A stretch of DNA of 64,000 nucleotides from an uncultured Acidobacteriota bacterium (GTDB lineage Bacteria; Acidobacteriota; Blastocatellia; RBC074), in NCBI GenBank assembly GCA_963800895.1, contig CAWDDA010000015.1, forward strand, positions 344,994-408,993. The letters run 5' to 3'. Under the pieces are notes generated by a model. It saw only the letters and a list, made by a program, of their open reading frames with translations. It had not been told where the DNA came from and did not search any database. Position numbers and translations under genes: made by a program. Positions 20,589 to 32,171 of the stretch are shown here, piece after piece. How positions within the stretch are numbered: position 1 is the first letter of the stretch; every line of letters starts with the position of its first letter.

Positions 20589-21172
20589 ATGTCGGAACTG
20601 CTTTCACAGATGAGCGCGGTTTCAGTGTTCCTTGGGATCGCCGCTATCGGCTTTCTATTCCTGTTAATCTCGCTGATCTTCGGAGAGATTTTTGATCACT
20701 TTGACTTCGCTCACGGTTTTGATCACGACCTCGACCATGGCGGGCCGGGTTTTTTCAGTGCGCGTGTTCTTAGTGTGTTCATTACCGCCTTTGGCGGATT
20801 CGGAGCAATAGGCGTTTATTACGGTTACGGGATTCTCGCCAGCTCTTTCCTTGGCCTTGCCGGGGGAATTGTGCTGGCCAGCGTGATCTATTTCTTTGCA
20901 CGGTTTCTCTTTGCTCAGCAAGCCTCGAGTGGCACAAGCGAAGCTGACCTCATCGGCCGAACTGCTGAAGTCACGGTAAGCATTCCGGGAGGGGGGTCGG
21001 GCAAATACGGTGCCTGATCGGCGAAAGCAGGATCGACAAGATCGCGCGGACCAGAGATGGCACTGCAATTCCCTACAACTCACTCGTGAAGATCGAAGAG
21101 ATCATCGGCGAATCCGCTATTGTCAGCCAGTTGCGCAATGCGGGGCCGGTGGTTGATTCGACCAGTCGATAA
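20589..21172 (+). pseudogene. NfeD/YqiJ-like membrane protein, one frame break near 21000
   Basis: TM N-terminus, acidic DHFDFAHGFDHDLDHGG segment and further TM helices. The OB-like C-terminus GQIRCLIGESRIDKIARTRDGTAIPYNSLVKIEEIIGESAIV continues in another frame after a G-run at ~20991. Confidence 0.65.
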
Positions 21173-21204
21173 ACCACCAGTCCCTGATAACGCGAAGGAG
21201 TGTC

Positions 21205-22764
21205 ATGTCTTTTGAAACCCTCTTCATTCCACTAATCGTATTGGTCGTCCTGTTGTCGGTCCTGATCGCCGTGTGGCTCTTCAGCCGGAATTACATCAAG
21301 GTATCGCCGAATGCGGCCGCCGTTTTCAGCGGGCGCAAACGCAAACTGAGCGACGGAAGGGTGGTTGGATACCGGATCGTAAGGGGCGGTGCGGCGCTTC
21401 GAGTTCCACTACTCGAAAAAGTCGAGTATCTCTCACTTAACCTGCTAACCATTCCGCTTGAGATCCGCCGCGCGTACACAGTCAAAGGCGTGCCGGTTTC
21501 GGTCAAGGCTGTGGCAAACGTCAAGATCAAGAGCGACGACGTCTCATTGCAAGCGGCAGCGGAACGGTTTCTCGGAATGTCGCTCCCTGAGGTCCAGAAA
21601 GTCATTTTCCAGACGCTTGAAGGTCACTTGCGCGCGATCCTCGGCACTCTGACTGTCGAAGAGATCAATAACGACCGTCAGAGCTTTGCCCAGAAGCTCA
21701 CGAGCGAGGCAGCCGCAGATCTCGAGCGCATGGGCATCGGCGTCGACGTCCTGATAATCCAGGAAATCAGTGATGAAGAGGGATATCTCGACGCCCTCGG
21801 CAAGCGTCGAACGGCTGAAGTCAAACGCGATGCACAGATCGGTGAGGCTGAGGCCACGCGCGATTCAAAGATTCAATCGAGCCTCGCTATGCAGGAGGGC
21901 GAGAAGGTTAAGCTCGATACGGATGCCAATATCTCGCTCGCGCATCGCGACCTCGAAGTCAAAAAAGCACAATATCAATCCGAGGTCGAACGCGAGCGCG
22001 CAACAGCAGAACAAGCGGGACCGCTCTCGGGCGCCAAAGGCGAGACAGGCCGTAGTTGCTGAAGAGATCCGCATTGAGAGAATCCGCACCCAGGAACAGA
22101 TTGCCGTTCAGGAGCAGGAAGTAAAGCGGAAAGAAAAGGAACTTGAAGCCACGGTAGTCAAGCCTGCCGATGCTGCTCGCACTGCGGCAATCCTCAAATA
22201 TGAAGCCGCGAAACAAGGAGCAATCCTTGAAGCCGAAGGCAAAAAGCAGGCCCTCATCGCGATGGCAGAAGCTGAACAGGAAAGACTCCAGAAGGAGGGC
22301 CAGGGCCGAGCCGCGGCGATTGAAACCGAGGGAAGGGCACAGGCAGCGAAGATTGAAGCTACAGGTCTTGCTCAGGCGAAATCGATCGAGGCCCAGGGCC
22401 TTGCCGAAGCTGCTGCGATCCTCAAGAAAGCAGAGGCCTGGAAAGAGTTTAATGAGGCGGCGCGACTTCAGACAATCCTCGAAAAGTTACCCGCCATCAT
22501 TCAAGCATCGACAGGAGTTTTCGGCGCAGTCGCGGCCCCGCTTGGCAATATCGACAAGGTAGTCATGATCGACCAGGGCAACGGAAACGCTCAGGGCAGA
22601 GCGGAATGAACCGCTTCGTATCGACTGCTCCGTCAGTCATTTTTGCCTTGTTGCAACAGCTCGAGGCTCTCGGGCTGAACGTTCCAGACCTGCTCAAGCA
22701 GTTAGGAGTGCAGCCGGTCGTCGAAGTCAGTCCAAATCTAACAAGTAACGGAGAAAAGGAATGA
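21205..22764 (+). pseudogene. Flotillin / SPFH (band-7) family protein, two frame breaks (~22020, ~22600)
   Basis: N-terminal TM plus the SPFH body (VFSGRKRK..GGAALRVPLLEKVEYLSLN..VKAVANVKI). A long Ala/Glu-rich coiled coil follows in ORF 21770..22609. The tail NRFVSTAPSVIFALLQQLEALGLNVPDLLKQLG is in a third segment, and its TGA at 22762-22764 overlaps the next ATG. Confidence 0.8.
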
Positions 22765-23606
22765 ATGCAGCCACAATCGGCTTTGTAGTCCTATCAGTGA
22801 TTGTTCTTCTCTTCCTTGCACGGCTTCTTCATCAATTTGTACTCGGACAACCTGTAACCAAAATGCTGATCGAAGCCGACAATCGCGCCGTTGCAATCGC
22901 GCTTGGCGGATTCCTGCTGGGAGTGGTGAACGTCATCATTCCTGTACTCGGAGGAGAGAGCCACTCATTGTGGCGAGACGTAACCGGAGTGATTACTTAT
23001 GGGCTTGGCGGAATCATCGCGATGGAGATCACTGGCAGGATCTTTTCGTTCTATAGCCGCAGCACGGGGCTCAACCTGCGCGATGAAAGTCTAAAAGGAA
23101 ATGTCGCGGCTGGAATCGTCGGAGCTGCAGAATACATCGCCGCAAGTCAGATAGTCGCCGGTGCGTTAACCGGTGACAGCGGGGCTGTAGTGCCGACGAT
23201 TGTATTCTGGGGAGCGGGCGTACTCGCGCTGATTGTGCTTACTCATTTGTTCCGATATGTGACCTCCTATGACGACGTGGCGGAGATTCGCGGCGGAAAC
23301 GTAGCCGCAGCGATCGGTTATGGAGGGTTGTTGATCGCGATGGGCACGATGATCGGATTTGCCGTTGCGGGTGAGTTCACCGGTTATGCGTCGGGGTTCA
23401 GGGGATTTGGCCTGATGCTTATTGCGGCACTTTCGCTTTATCCAGTACGGCAATTCATTGTTCAGGTGCTCGTACTTGGGGCAGGCCTGAGGCTCCGTGG
23501 CGGCATACTTGACCGAGAGATTGCAGAAGATCGCAATCTTGGTGCCGGCGTCCTCGAAGCCATCGGATACTACGCAACCGCGCTGATCGTGACTCGCGTA
23601 TTCTAG
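22761..23606 (+). CDS. Polytopic membrane protein, tandem DUF350-like halves (YjfL-like)
   Basis: 281-aa ORF, about 8 hydrophobic helices in two similar halves. The start overlaps the flotillin stop (ATGA). The family call is from memory of DUF350 architecture. Confidence 0.55.
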   Translation: MNAATIGFVVLSVIVLLFLARLLHQFVLGQPVTKMLIEADNRAVAIALGGFLLGVVNVIIPVLGGESHSLWRDVTGVITYGLGGIIAMEITGRIFSFYSRSTGLNLRDESLKGNVAAGIVGAAEYIAASQIVAGALTGDSGAVVPTIVFWGAGVLALIVLTHLFRYVTSYDDVAEIRGGNVAAAIGYGGLLIAMGTMIGFAVAGEFTGYASGFRGFGLMLIAALSLYPVRQFIVQVLVLGAGLRLRGGILDREIAEDRNLGAGVLEAIGYYATALIVTRVF

Positions 23607-23651
23607 GAATGTAGTACCACGAGGTTCCGCCTGAAGGCGGTACAACATGCC
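23606..23651. repeat. Family Y partial element (GTAGTACC..CCGCCTGAAGGCGGTACAACATGCC)
   Basis: Shares the CCGCC-loop-GGCGG mini-hairpin and the GGTACAAC end with the full copies. Confidence 0.65.
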
Positions 23652-23666
23652 TCTTCCAGAAATTGC

Positions 23667-24890
23667 ATGCGAGCCTACCAGGAGTTTGCCGACGAGCTTT
23701 ATCGCACAGGGATAATCTCCGACCCGTGGGTCGATGGCCGCGAGCGATTTGAGCTTCAGGGGCAGATACTCTCAGAGTCCGAAGCTGAGGCATTGAAGAC
23801 AGCTGCGGAGCGCGTCGCGCAGCTCCATCACGAACTGGCAGACATCGTCCTCGCCCATCCACGGTTCCTTGACGATTACTTTGGTCTGACCCCCTTTCAA
23901 AAGGCAATGTGGATCTCATCGGAGGGGCGATGGCACGGCATCGCGCGGGTAGACCTGTTTATCTGCCGCGACGGATGTATCCGTGCATGCGAGATGAATT
24001 CCGATACACCTTCAGGCGAGGCCGAAGCAGTGATCGTGAATCGTCTGTTACACGATGACCACCCTGATACGGTTGATCCAAACGCCGGAATGGAAGAGCA
24101 GTTCTTTTCGATGCTCGAAGGCCTTCATGGCAGCAGGCCAGGAACCGCGGCAATTCTCTATCCAACCGACCAGCCCGAAGACCTGAGTATGATTGCGCTC
24201 TATAAGCAATGGCTCGAGACGAAAGGCTGCAGGCTGTTTTTCGGGTCGCCCTTCAATCTCACATTCGACAGCACGGGCAGGGTCTTCGTTCTCGATGAAC
24301 AGATCGAATTGATCATCAGGCACTATAAGACCGACTGGTGGGGCGAACGCGAAACCGTCTGGAGCGATCAGCCGGCTTTTCCTGACCCGGAGCCTCTTGA
24401 ACAACAATTAATCCCGCTGCTCAGGGCAGATGCGCAAGGTACTGTGACCATTGTCAATCCATTCGGATCAGTTCTGAGTCAGAACAAGTTCTGTTTTGCA
24501 TTTATGTGGGATCATCCGGAAATGTTTTCAGCGTCATCGCAACGATGGATAGACGACTACATACCGGAGACGCGGCGCATAGGCGAAGACAACGGGCAAG
24601 ATACACGAAGAGAAGAATGGGTAGTCAAATCCGTTTACGGATGCGAAGGTGACTCTGTCATTTGTGGTCCGTATGCGACGGACAGGGAATGGCGCCTGGC
24701 ACTTGAAAAGATGATCAGGCGGCATTGGATCCTTCAACGCTTCTTCGAAGTAAGACCGGTCAAAAACGGGTTGCTTCCAAACTTTGGAGTTTACGTGATC
24801 GGGGGTCGGGCGGCAGGTTTTTACACTCGCCTCTCAGCTGAAAACACCGATTACAGATCAGTTACGACGCCTACCTACATCTCAAAATAA
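23667..24890 (+). CDS. Glutathionylspermidine-synthase-like ATP-grasp protein (YgiC/YjfC family)
   Basis: 407-aa ORF. RVDLFICRDGCIRACEMNSDTPSGEAEA and the following pattern match the pre-ATP-grasp/GspS family. Confidence 0.75.
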   Translation: MRAYQEFADELYRTGIISDPWVDGRERFELQGQILSESEAEALKTAAERVAQLHHELADIVLAHPRFLDDYFGLTPFQKAMWISSEGRWHGIARVDLFICRDGCIRACEMNSDTPSGEAEAVIVNRLLHDDHPDTVDPNAGMEEQFFSMLEGLHGSRPGTAAILYPTDQPEDLSMIALYKQWLETKGCRLFFGSPFNLTFDSTGRVFVLDEQIELIIRHYKTDWWGERETVWSDQPAFPDPEPLEQQLIPLLRADAQGTVTIVNPFGSVLSQNKFCFAFMWDHPEMFSASSQRWIDDYIPETRRIGEDNGQDTRREEWVVKSVYGCEGDSVICGPYATDREWRLALEKMIRRHWILQRFFEVRPVKNGLLPNFGVYVIGGRAAGFYTRLSAENTDYRSVTTPTYISK

Positions 24891-24961
24891 AGCGCTCTTA
24901 GCCGACGGGTTTATTCTTTCACAATGTTGGGTGACAGGCTAATATGAGGTGGTCTGGTTTA

Positions 24962-25101
24962 TAGTGGCCGGTGGTCAGTGGCCGGTGGCCAGTGTATGGA
25001 GTTCAAGCTTTTAGCTTGCTGTTCACGTATGTGAATTGTTACAGCAAACTGAAAACTTGAACTCCATTCACTGGCCACCGGCCACTGACCACCGGCCACT
25101 A
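24962..25101. repeat. Family S palindrome with heptamer-array arms (GTGGCCG GTGGTCA GTGGCCG GTGGCCA + ATGGAGTTCAAGC core)
   Basis: The outer 33 nt of the two arms are perfectly complementary. The core arms have a few mismatches. Confidence 0.85.
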
Positions 25102-25159
25102 GCAACTGGCTCCCCGACGCTCAGCTGTCAGGAAACAAGGACGACTAGGAGACGAGTAC

Positions 25160-28100
25160 ATGCAGCGATTTCGTGTTGTTTTTCGGCTACTGCTTGTGAG
25201 CTTTCTGGTCATTATGCAGTTCCCACTTGCAGGTGTAGCGGATACGATCACTGGAACTGTCCGCGGCCGAGTTATTGATCAGGCAGGCGCTGGACTAGCT
25301 GGAGTCCGCATTCAATTCATCAATGAAGAGTCGGGAAACCGTCGTGCGACGCAGACGACGGCAGATGGAACTTATCAGATCACGTTTCTACCCGGAGGCC
25401 GTTACCGGCTTTCGGTGGTCAAGGATGGCTATGTTGTCTCACGTCCGACAAAGGAGCCTATCAAGCTACAGCTCAATCAGCTGATCGAGACGGTGCCGGA
25501 CATCGTAATGTCTCCCTCGACTGTGGCTACGGCAACCACGCCGCAGCCGGTGCCGAGTCCCGTAACTCCAGCGCCCGTGACACCCTCGAGTGCGTCGACA
25601 GCACCGGCGGCTGTCTCGCCTGCGCGGCAGGTCAGTGATGAAGACACGGGAGGAAAGCTCGCAAATCAGAATGATGCTACTCGTCGTTTCAATGCCGATG
25701 ACAGGATGGTGACGTTGCTTCCGCTTGGGGGAATACGCTCATTTGATGACCTTGCCTTCCTGGCGCCAGGCGTTGCGCCTCCGCCGGAGGTACGCGGAGT
25801 TGTTGGACCTGGACTGGGAGCGGGAATTGGAACGGCCGGGCAGTTCTCCGTGAACGGCATGCGGGCACGTTCGAACAACTTCACTGTCGATGGGTCGGAT
25901 AACAATGACGAGGACGTTGGCGTACGGAGGCAGGGTTTTGTTTCACTCGTGCCGCAGAGTATTGAAAGCGTTCAGGAGTTCCAGGTCGTTACTCACCTCT
26001 GGGATGCGGAATCAGGCCGCAACCCCGGTTCGCAGGTAAACGCCGTTTCGCGGTCAGGAGGCAGGCTGGTTCACGGCTCAATTTACGATTACTTCAGCCA
26101 CGATGCCCTGAATGCACGAAGTTTCTTTGACTACACTGGCGGACCGTCGACTTATCCAGTCACTTCATTTCGACAACTCCGATTCAACAACGGCCAGCCT
26201 GTAAATCAAACTACAGTGCCAGTGCGCGTTGGTAACGGATTTGCCGGACCGGGAGCGCAGGATTTCGTGGTGCCCAATCCGTCTGACGGAGAGAACAGGC
26301 TAAGCAGAAACCAGGCTGGTTTTACGCTGGGCGTCCCGTTCAGCAAGAAGTATTTCGGCCCGATGGGAAAGGATGATCCAACAAGGACCTTCTTCTTCGG
26401 GTCATTCGAGCGTCAGGAGATTCGTGCCGACCAGGAGACGCACTTTGCGGTGCCAGCTGTCGAACAGCGCGGATTCTTCAATTTCGGGTCGACGGGATTC
26501 ATCGCCACTGACCGGAATGGTAATTCAAGGCGCTTCTTCCCGACGTTTCTCGCCGGTGACGGAGTCTTTTCGCTCTATCCGCTCCCCAACAATCCCATTG
26601 GCCCGTACGGGCGAAACACTTTTACTCAGGTTCTGCCCGCAGATGGGCGAGGGACTATATTCTCCCTGAAGTTTGACCACAACTTTGAGATGTTTGGTCC
26701 CGAAGTCACGCATACATTTACCGCGCGCTACAATTTCACAAATGACGAACGCGAAGTTCCCACGGTCGGAAATGCGATCTTTTCATCACTTGAGCCCCGC
26801 GTTGGCACACAAAACCTGTCATTCTTTCTCAACAGTCAGCTTTCAATAAATATGGCGAATCAGCTTCGAGGAAGCTACGGTAGAACGCGGCTGAGATTTG
26901 ATAAGATCCCGAGCGATCGGCTGATGAACTCACAGCTTGTTCCAAACAATCCCTACCTGCTCAACTCTCGCCGGCTTTCAAACTTCAGTGATCCTGAGAA
27001 TCCGCTGTCATTCGCCGACTATCGTCTCGCTCCAAACGTGAACCCCGATCTGCTTGGGGTCGTGCTCAAACCGGTAGAGGATGCACTTGGACCGGTTGGC
27101 CAGGTTAATGTTACGCCCTACGACGCAGTCGGTCTCGATCCTTATCTCTTTCCTCAGGCGCGCACGAACAACACTTTTCAGATTGCCGACACGCTTACGT
27201 ACTTCCGAGGCAATCACACGTTCAAGGTGGGAGCCGACGTCCGGCGAACTCAACTGAACAGTTCTCTCGACAGGAACTATAGGACTCAGGTCATCTTTGG
27301 CGGGTCGCTTGACCTGACCGGAGTCTTTGACCGCAGGTTCCCGGATGCTGATATTCCGTTCGTTAATTTCAGCCAGTTCGGGCCGACGCCAGGTTACTTC
27401 CGCGGGAGCGATCTCGCTGCGCTTGGAATCCCGACTGGAATCTTTCAGTCGCTTTCGGCGGGAACTCCAGATTCGACGATCGGCCTTCGATTCTGGCAGC
27501 AGAACTACTTCTTCAACGGTAACTGGCGTGTGAGGCCGGGCTTCACGATTGATTATGGAGTTCGGTATGAATACAACTCAGTCCCGCGCGAAGTGAACAA
27601 TCGCATTGAAAACACGTTCGATCTGAGCACGCTGCAAGGAGTGGATCCGAACCTTCGAGTCGGATTGAGCTTTCTGAACGAGGATGGTCAATTCGGTATT
27701 GATCCGATCCTTCCGACTGGTCCGCTCGTGGCGGCATTCGCGCAGACGCAGGCGGCGCTTCAGTCAATCATCGGCGGACGGACATCGATTTACGATTCGG
27801 ACAGAAATAACTTTGGCCCGCATTTCAGTTTTGCCTGGGATCCGATGCCGAACAGTCCGACACAGGCCGGGAAGACTGTCATTCGCGGCGGATTCGGTAT
27901 TGGATTCGATATTGCGCTTGGCAGCGTAGTAAGCCAGTCCCGAAATGTCTTTCCAACCTTTATCCCGACCAATCTCGATGTCAACACTCTGAACAACATG
28001 CTCGGAATCTTCGATCAGCGTTTCTTTGATCAGAATGTCGAGAATGGGAACGGCTTTATACGGATCATCAATCCAAACTATCTTCCAACCGTTATTGTCA

Positions 28101-29342
28101 ACAATGCCGGCGCCGTGCAGCCACTGATCTGCCCTGGCAATCCGAGAGCGTCGATAATGTGCGGCGGCTCACTAAACCAGCTCGGAATTCAGCCGGGAGC
28201 ACGGCAAGCGCTGCTCGGATTGATCTTCAATCCCAGCGGAGCAGCGAACCTTGGGCTCCGACCTTCGGGCGGCGGTCTGGCCTTCACACTTCCGGACCGC
28301 GAACTGAGAACGCCCTATGCATACCACTACAACCTTCAGATTGAGCGCGAGCTCTTTGGGAACTATCTCTTCAATGCGGCATATGTTGCCACCCGGGGAC
28401 TCAAACTGATCAGGTTCCGCACGCCGAATGGCGGCTTAAACTCGCCGACATTTCCTGTTGACCCTCTACAGATCGATCCAAATCGATCAATTGTTCCGCC
28501 ATCTCGCTGCCGCTTCGAGAGTTTCCCGAGGTGAGTAACTTCAGGTCGAACCCACGGCTTGGCGCATACACGATCTTCGATTCGTCGGCTGACTCGAACT
28601 ACCATTCATTGCAGACGAGCCTGACTAAACGCTTCTCAGCGGGCTACGAATTCACGGGAGCCTACACCTGGTCGCATGGAATCGACGACGTCTCTGACGT
28701 GTTCGATGTGGCAGGAGCGTTTGTTCTCCGCAGAATGACCGGAACCTCGAGGCTGAGCGGGGCGATGCCAACTTTGATATGAGGCATCGTTTCTCGTTCA
28801 GCACTGTATTTGAGTTTCCAGGGCTGCGCAGGTACAACTCTGCGACGGGTGCAAAAGCGGCTTTTCTGGGCGGATGGAACTTCTCATCCATCGTGGTGGC
28901 ACAAACGGGTCAGCCATTCACTGCGAACACGAGCTTTGATATCAATCTCGATGGCAATCTGACTGACCGGCTCAACACGACTAACGGCCTGCAAATCACC
29001 GATGATCGCCGCCAGCGCATCATTGTGACTACCAATGATCTATCATCGCTACTGCCGCCGGTTGTAAACAATGCGGCGGGCACGGTCTCTCCGAAAGATG
29101 GAGCTGTTGGACGGAACACGTTCAGATCGAGTGGCGCATTCAAGGTTGATCTGACGCTCATCAAGAATTTCCGCGTAGCGGAGGGGCACGATATTGTGCT
29201 CCGTGTCGAGTCATTCAATCTTTTCAACCGCTCACATTTCGGTATCCCGGTGCGGATTCTTGAAGCGCCAAGCTTTGGGACATCGGTCAACACTGCGCTC
29301 ACCCCACGGCAGATTCAGGTGGCGCTCAAGTACGTGTTTTGA
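25160..29342 (+). pseudogene. TonB-dependent outer-membrane receptor with carboxypeptidase-regulatory-like N-terminal domain, two frame breaks (~28480, ~28725)
   Basis: Signal peptide, then a CarboxypepD_reg-like TGTVRGRVIDQAGAGLAGVRIQF..ADGTYQI..GGYRL segment. The C-terminal barrel continues through ORFs 28531..28782 (SNYHSLQTSLTKRF) and 28779..29342 (ANFDMRHRFSFS...; ends ..ALKYVF). Confidence 0.8.
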
Positions 29343-29350
29343 AGGAAGAA

Positions 29351-29485
29351 GGGGGTCAGGGGTCGGGGGTCAGGGGTCAGGGTATGGAGTTCAAGCTTTA
29401 GCTTGCTCTTGACGTTTGAACTTGCAACAGCAAGCTAAAGCTTGAACTCCATACCCTGACCCCCGACCCCTGACCCCCGACCCCC
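29351..29485. repeat. Family S palindrome with heptamer-array arms (GGGGTCA/GGGGTCG x4 + ATGGAGTTCAAGCTTTAGCTTGC core)
   Basis: The arms are complementary. The core is perfect and the heptamers differ only at the A/G position. Confidence 0.85.
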
Positions 29486-29491
29486 TGCTAA

Positions 29492-30836
<1,345 letters not shown>

Positions 30837-30869
30837 ACTATTTCCTACATTCAACGATAGAGTCAAAAG

Positions 30870-32171
30870 ATGCCAGCCAGTTCAATCGTTCCTATACTTA
30901 TAGCCAGTCTGTTTGCGTTCTCTGTTTCCGGATCAGGGCCTTCTATGCAGGAGAATGATCGAGCGCTGCGCGAGCGTGCGGCACGGATACATCGCGAAGC
31001 AATTGTTATCGATACTCATAACGACGTTACGTCCGCGATTCTCGATGAGGGGTTTGACCTCGGAATGAACGGAATAGGTGCGGACGGCAAGCTCAAGACA
31101 CATACTGATCTCAAGAGAATGAAGGCGGGCGGGCTCGACGCACAGTTCTTTGCTGTCTATGTCGGTCGCGAATACGTCAACCGGCGCGCGGAAGAGGGCG
31201 GCGGATCGGCGCGCCGCGCGCTTGACATGATAGACATAGTCTACGAGCAGGTCAGGCGTCATCCGGATGTGCTCGAGATGGCATTTACGGCGGACAACAT
31301 TCGACAGATTGCTCGCAAGGGCAAGATTGCTTCGTTGATGGGAATCGAAGGTGGCCATGCCATCGAAGACAGTCTCGGCGCCCTTCGGATGTTTTACCGT
31401 CTCGGTATCCGCTACATGACGCTGACACACACCAACACCAACAACTGGGCAGACGCTGAAGGCGATGCGTCCAACCCGCGAATCAGGAAACATAACGGTC
31501 TGACCGATTTCGGGCGCCAGGTCGTGCGCGAGATGAACCGCCTGGGGATGATGGTTGACATCTCGCACGTTGCCGACAAAACGTTCTTTGATGTCATCGA
31601 GACTTCGCGGGCGCCAGTGATAGCGTCGCATTCTTCGGCTCGTGCTCTGGCCCCTCATACACGCAACGTGACCGACGAGATACTACGCGCTGTGGCAAAG
31701 AATGGCGGGGTAGTAATGGTCAACTTTTATGACGGGTTTATCGATCCGAAGAAGGCTGACGTCACACTGCGTGCGCGAGCGTTCTCCGAAGAGTTAACGG
31801 AAAAATACCCCAACGATGCGGCTCGCGTGAGAGAAGAGACGCGAAAGTGGCGCGTGGCAAATGCTGTTCAGGGAAAGACACCACTCAAGACACTTATTGA
31901 CCATTTCGATCACATCATCAAGACAGCCGGAATAAACCACGTCGGACTTGGAGCTGATCTCGATGGAATTCCACTCGATGGCACGCCGGAAGAACTCGAC
32001 GATGTCTCCAAACTTCCCGTGATCACCTACGAGCTTCTCAAACGTGGCTATTCAGAAACGGATGTAAAGAAGGTCCTGGGAGAGAATCTTCTGCGGGTAA
32101 TGGCTCAGGTCGAAGACGTTGCGCGGAAAATGCAGTCCGAAGGTGATCGCAAACCTGCAGGGAGCAAATGA
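30870..32171 (+). CDS. Membrane dipeptidase (peptidase M19 family), secreted
   Basis: 433-aa ORF with a signal peptide, VIDTHNDV, DLKRMKAGGLDAQFFAVY and ISHV..SHSSARAL. Confidence 0.8.
   Translation: MPASSIVPILIASLFAFSVSGSGPSMQENDRALRERAARIHREAIVIDTHNDVTSAILDEGFDLGMNGIGADGKLKTHTDLKRMKAGGLDAQFFAVYVGREYVNRRAEEGGGSARRALDMIDIVYEQVRRHPDVLEMAFTADNIRQIARKGKIASLMGIEGGHAIEDSLGALRMFYRLGIRYMTLTHTNTNNWADAEGDASNPRIRKHNGLTDFGRQVVREMNRLGMMVDISHVADKTFFDVIETSRAPVIASHSSARALAPHTRNVTDEILRAVAKNGGVVMVNFYDGFIDPKKADVTLRARAFSEELTEKYPNDAARVREETRKWRVANAVQGKTPLKTLIDHFDHIIKTAGINHVGLGADLDGIPLDGTPEELDDVSKLPVITYELLKRGYSETDVKKVLGENLLRVMAQVEDVARKMQSEGDRKPAGSK

Noticed and set aside
22590-22610. Programmed ribosomal frameshifting as an explanation for the frame breaks (flotillin, TonB receptor, IS110 transposase and others).
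   Set aside because: The breaks occur in many unrelated genes in both +1 and -1 directions. I saw no slippery heptamers, and in several cases multiple breaks fall in one gene. IS110 and IS481 transposases are not known to use frameshifting.
17000-24900. The IS-flanked region as a defence or genomic island.
   Set aside because: Beyond the two IS elements, the adjacent genes (NfeD-like, flotillin, DUF350-like, ATP-grasp) are membrane-homeostasis types. I found no nucleases, helicases, restriction-modification, toxin-antitoxin, integrase or phage genes.
24962-25101. Possibility that the tandem short repeats (GTGGCCG, GGGGTCA, TCATTTG arrays) are CRISPR arrays.
   Set aside because: The units are 7 nt with no spacers and are mirrored as inverted arrays. 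No cas genes are present in the window.
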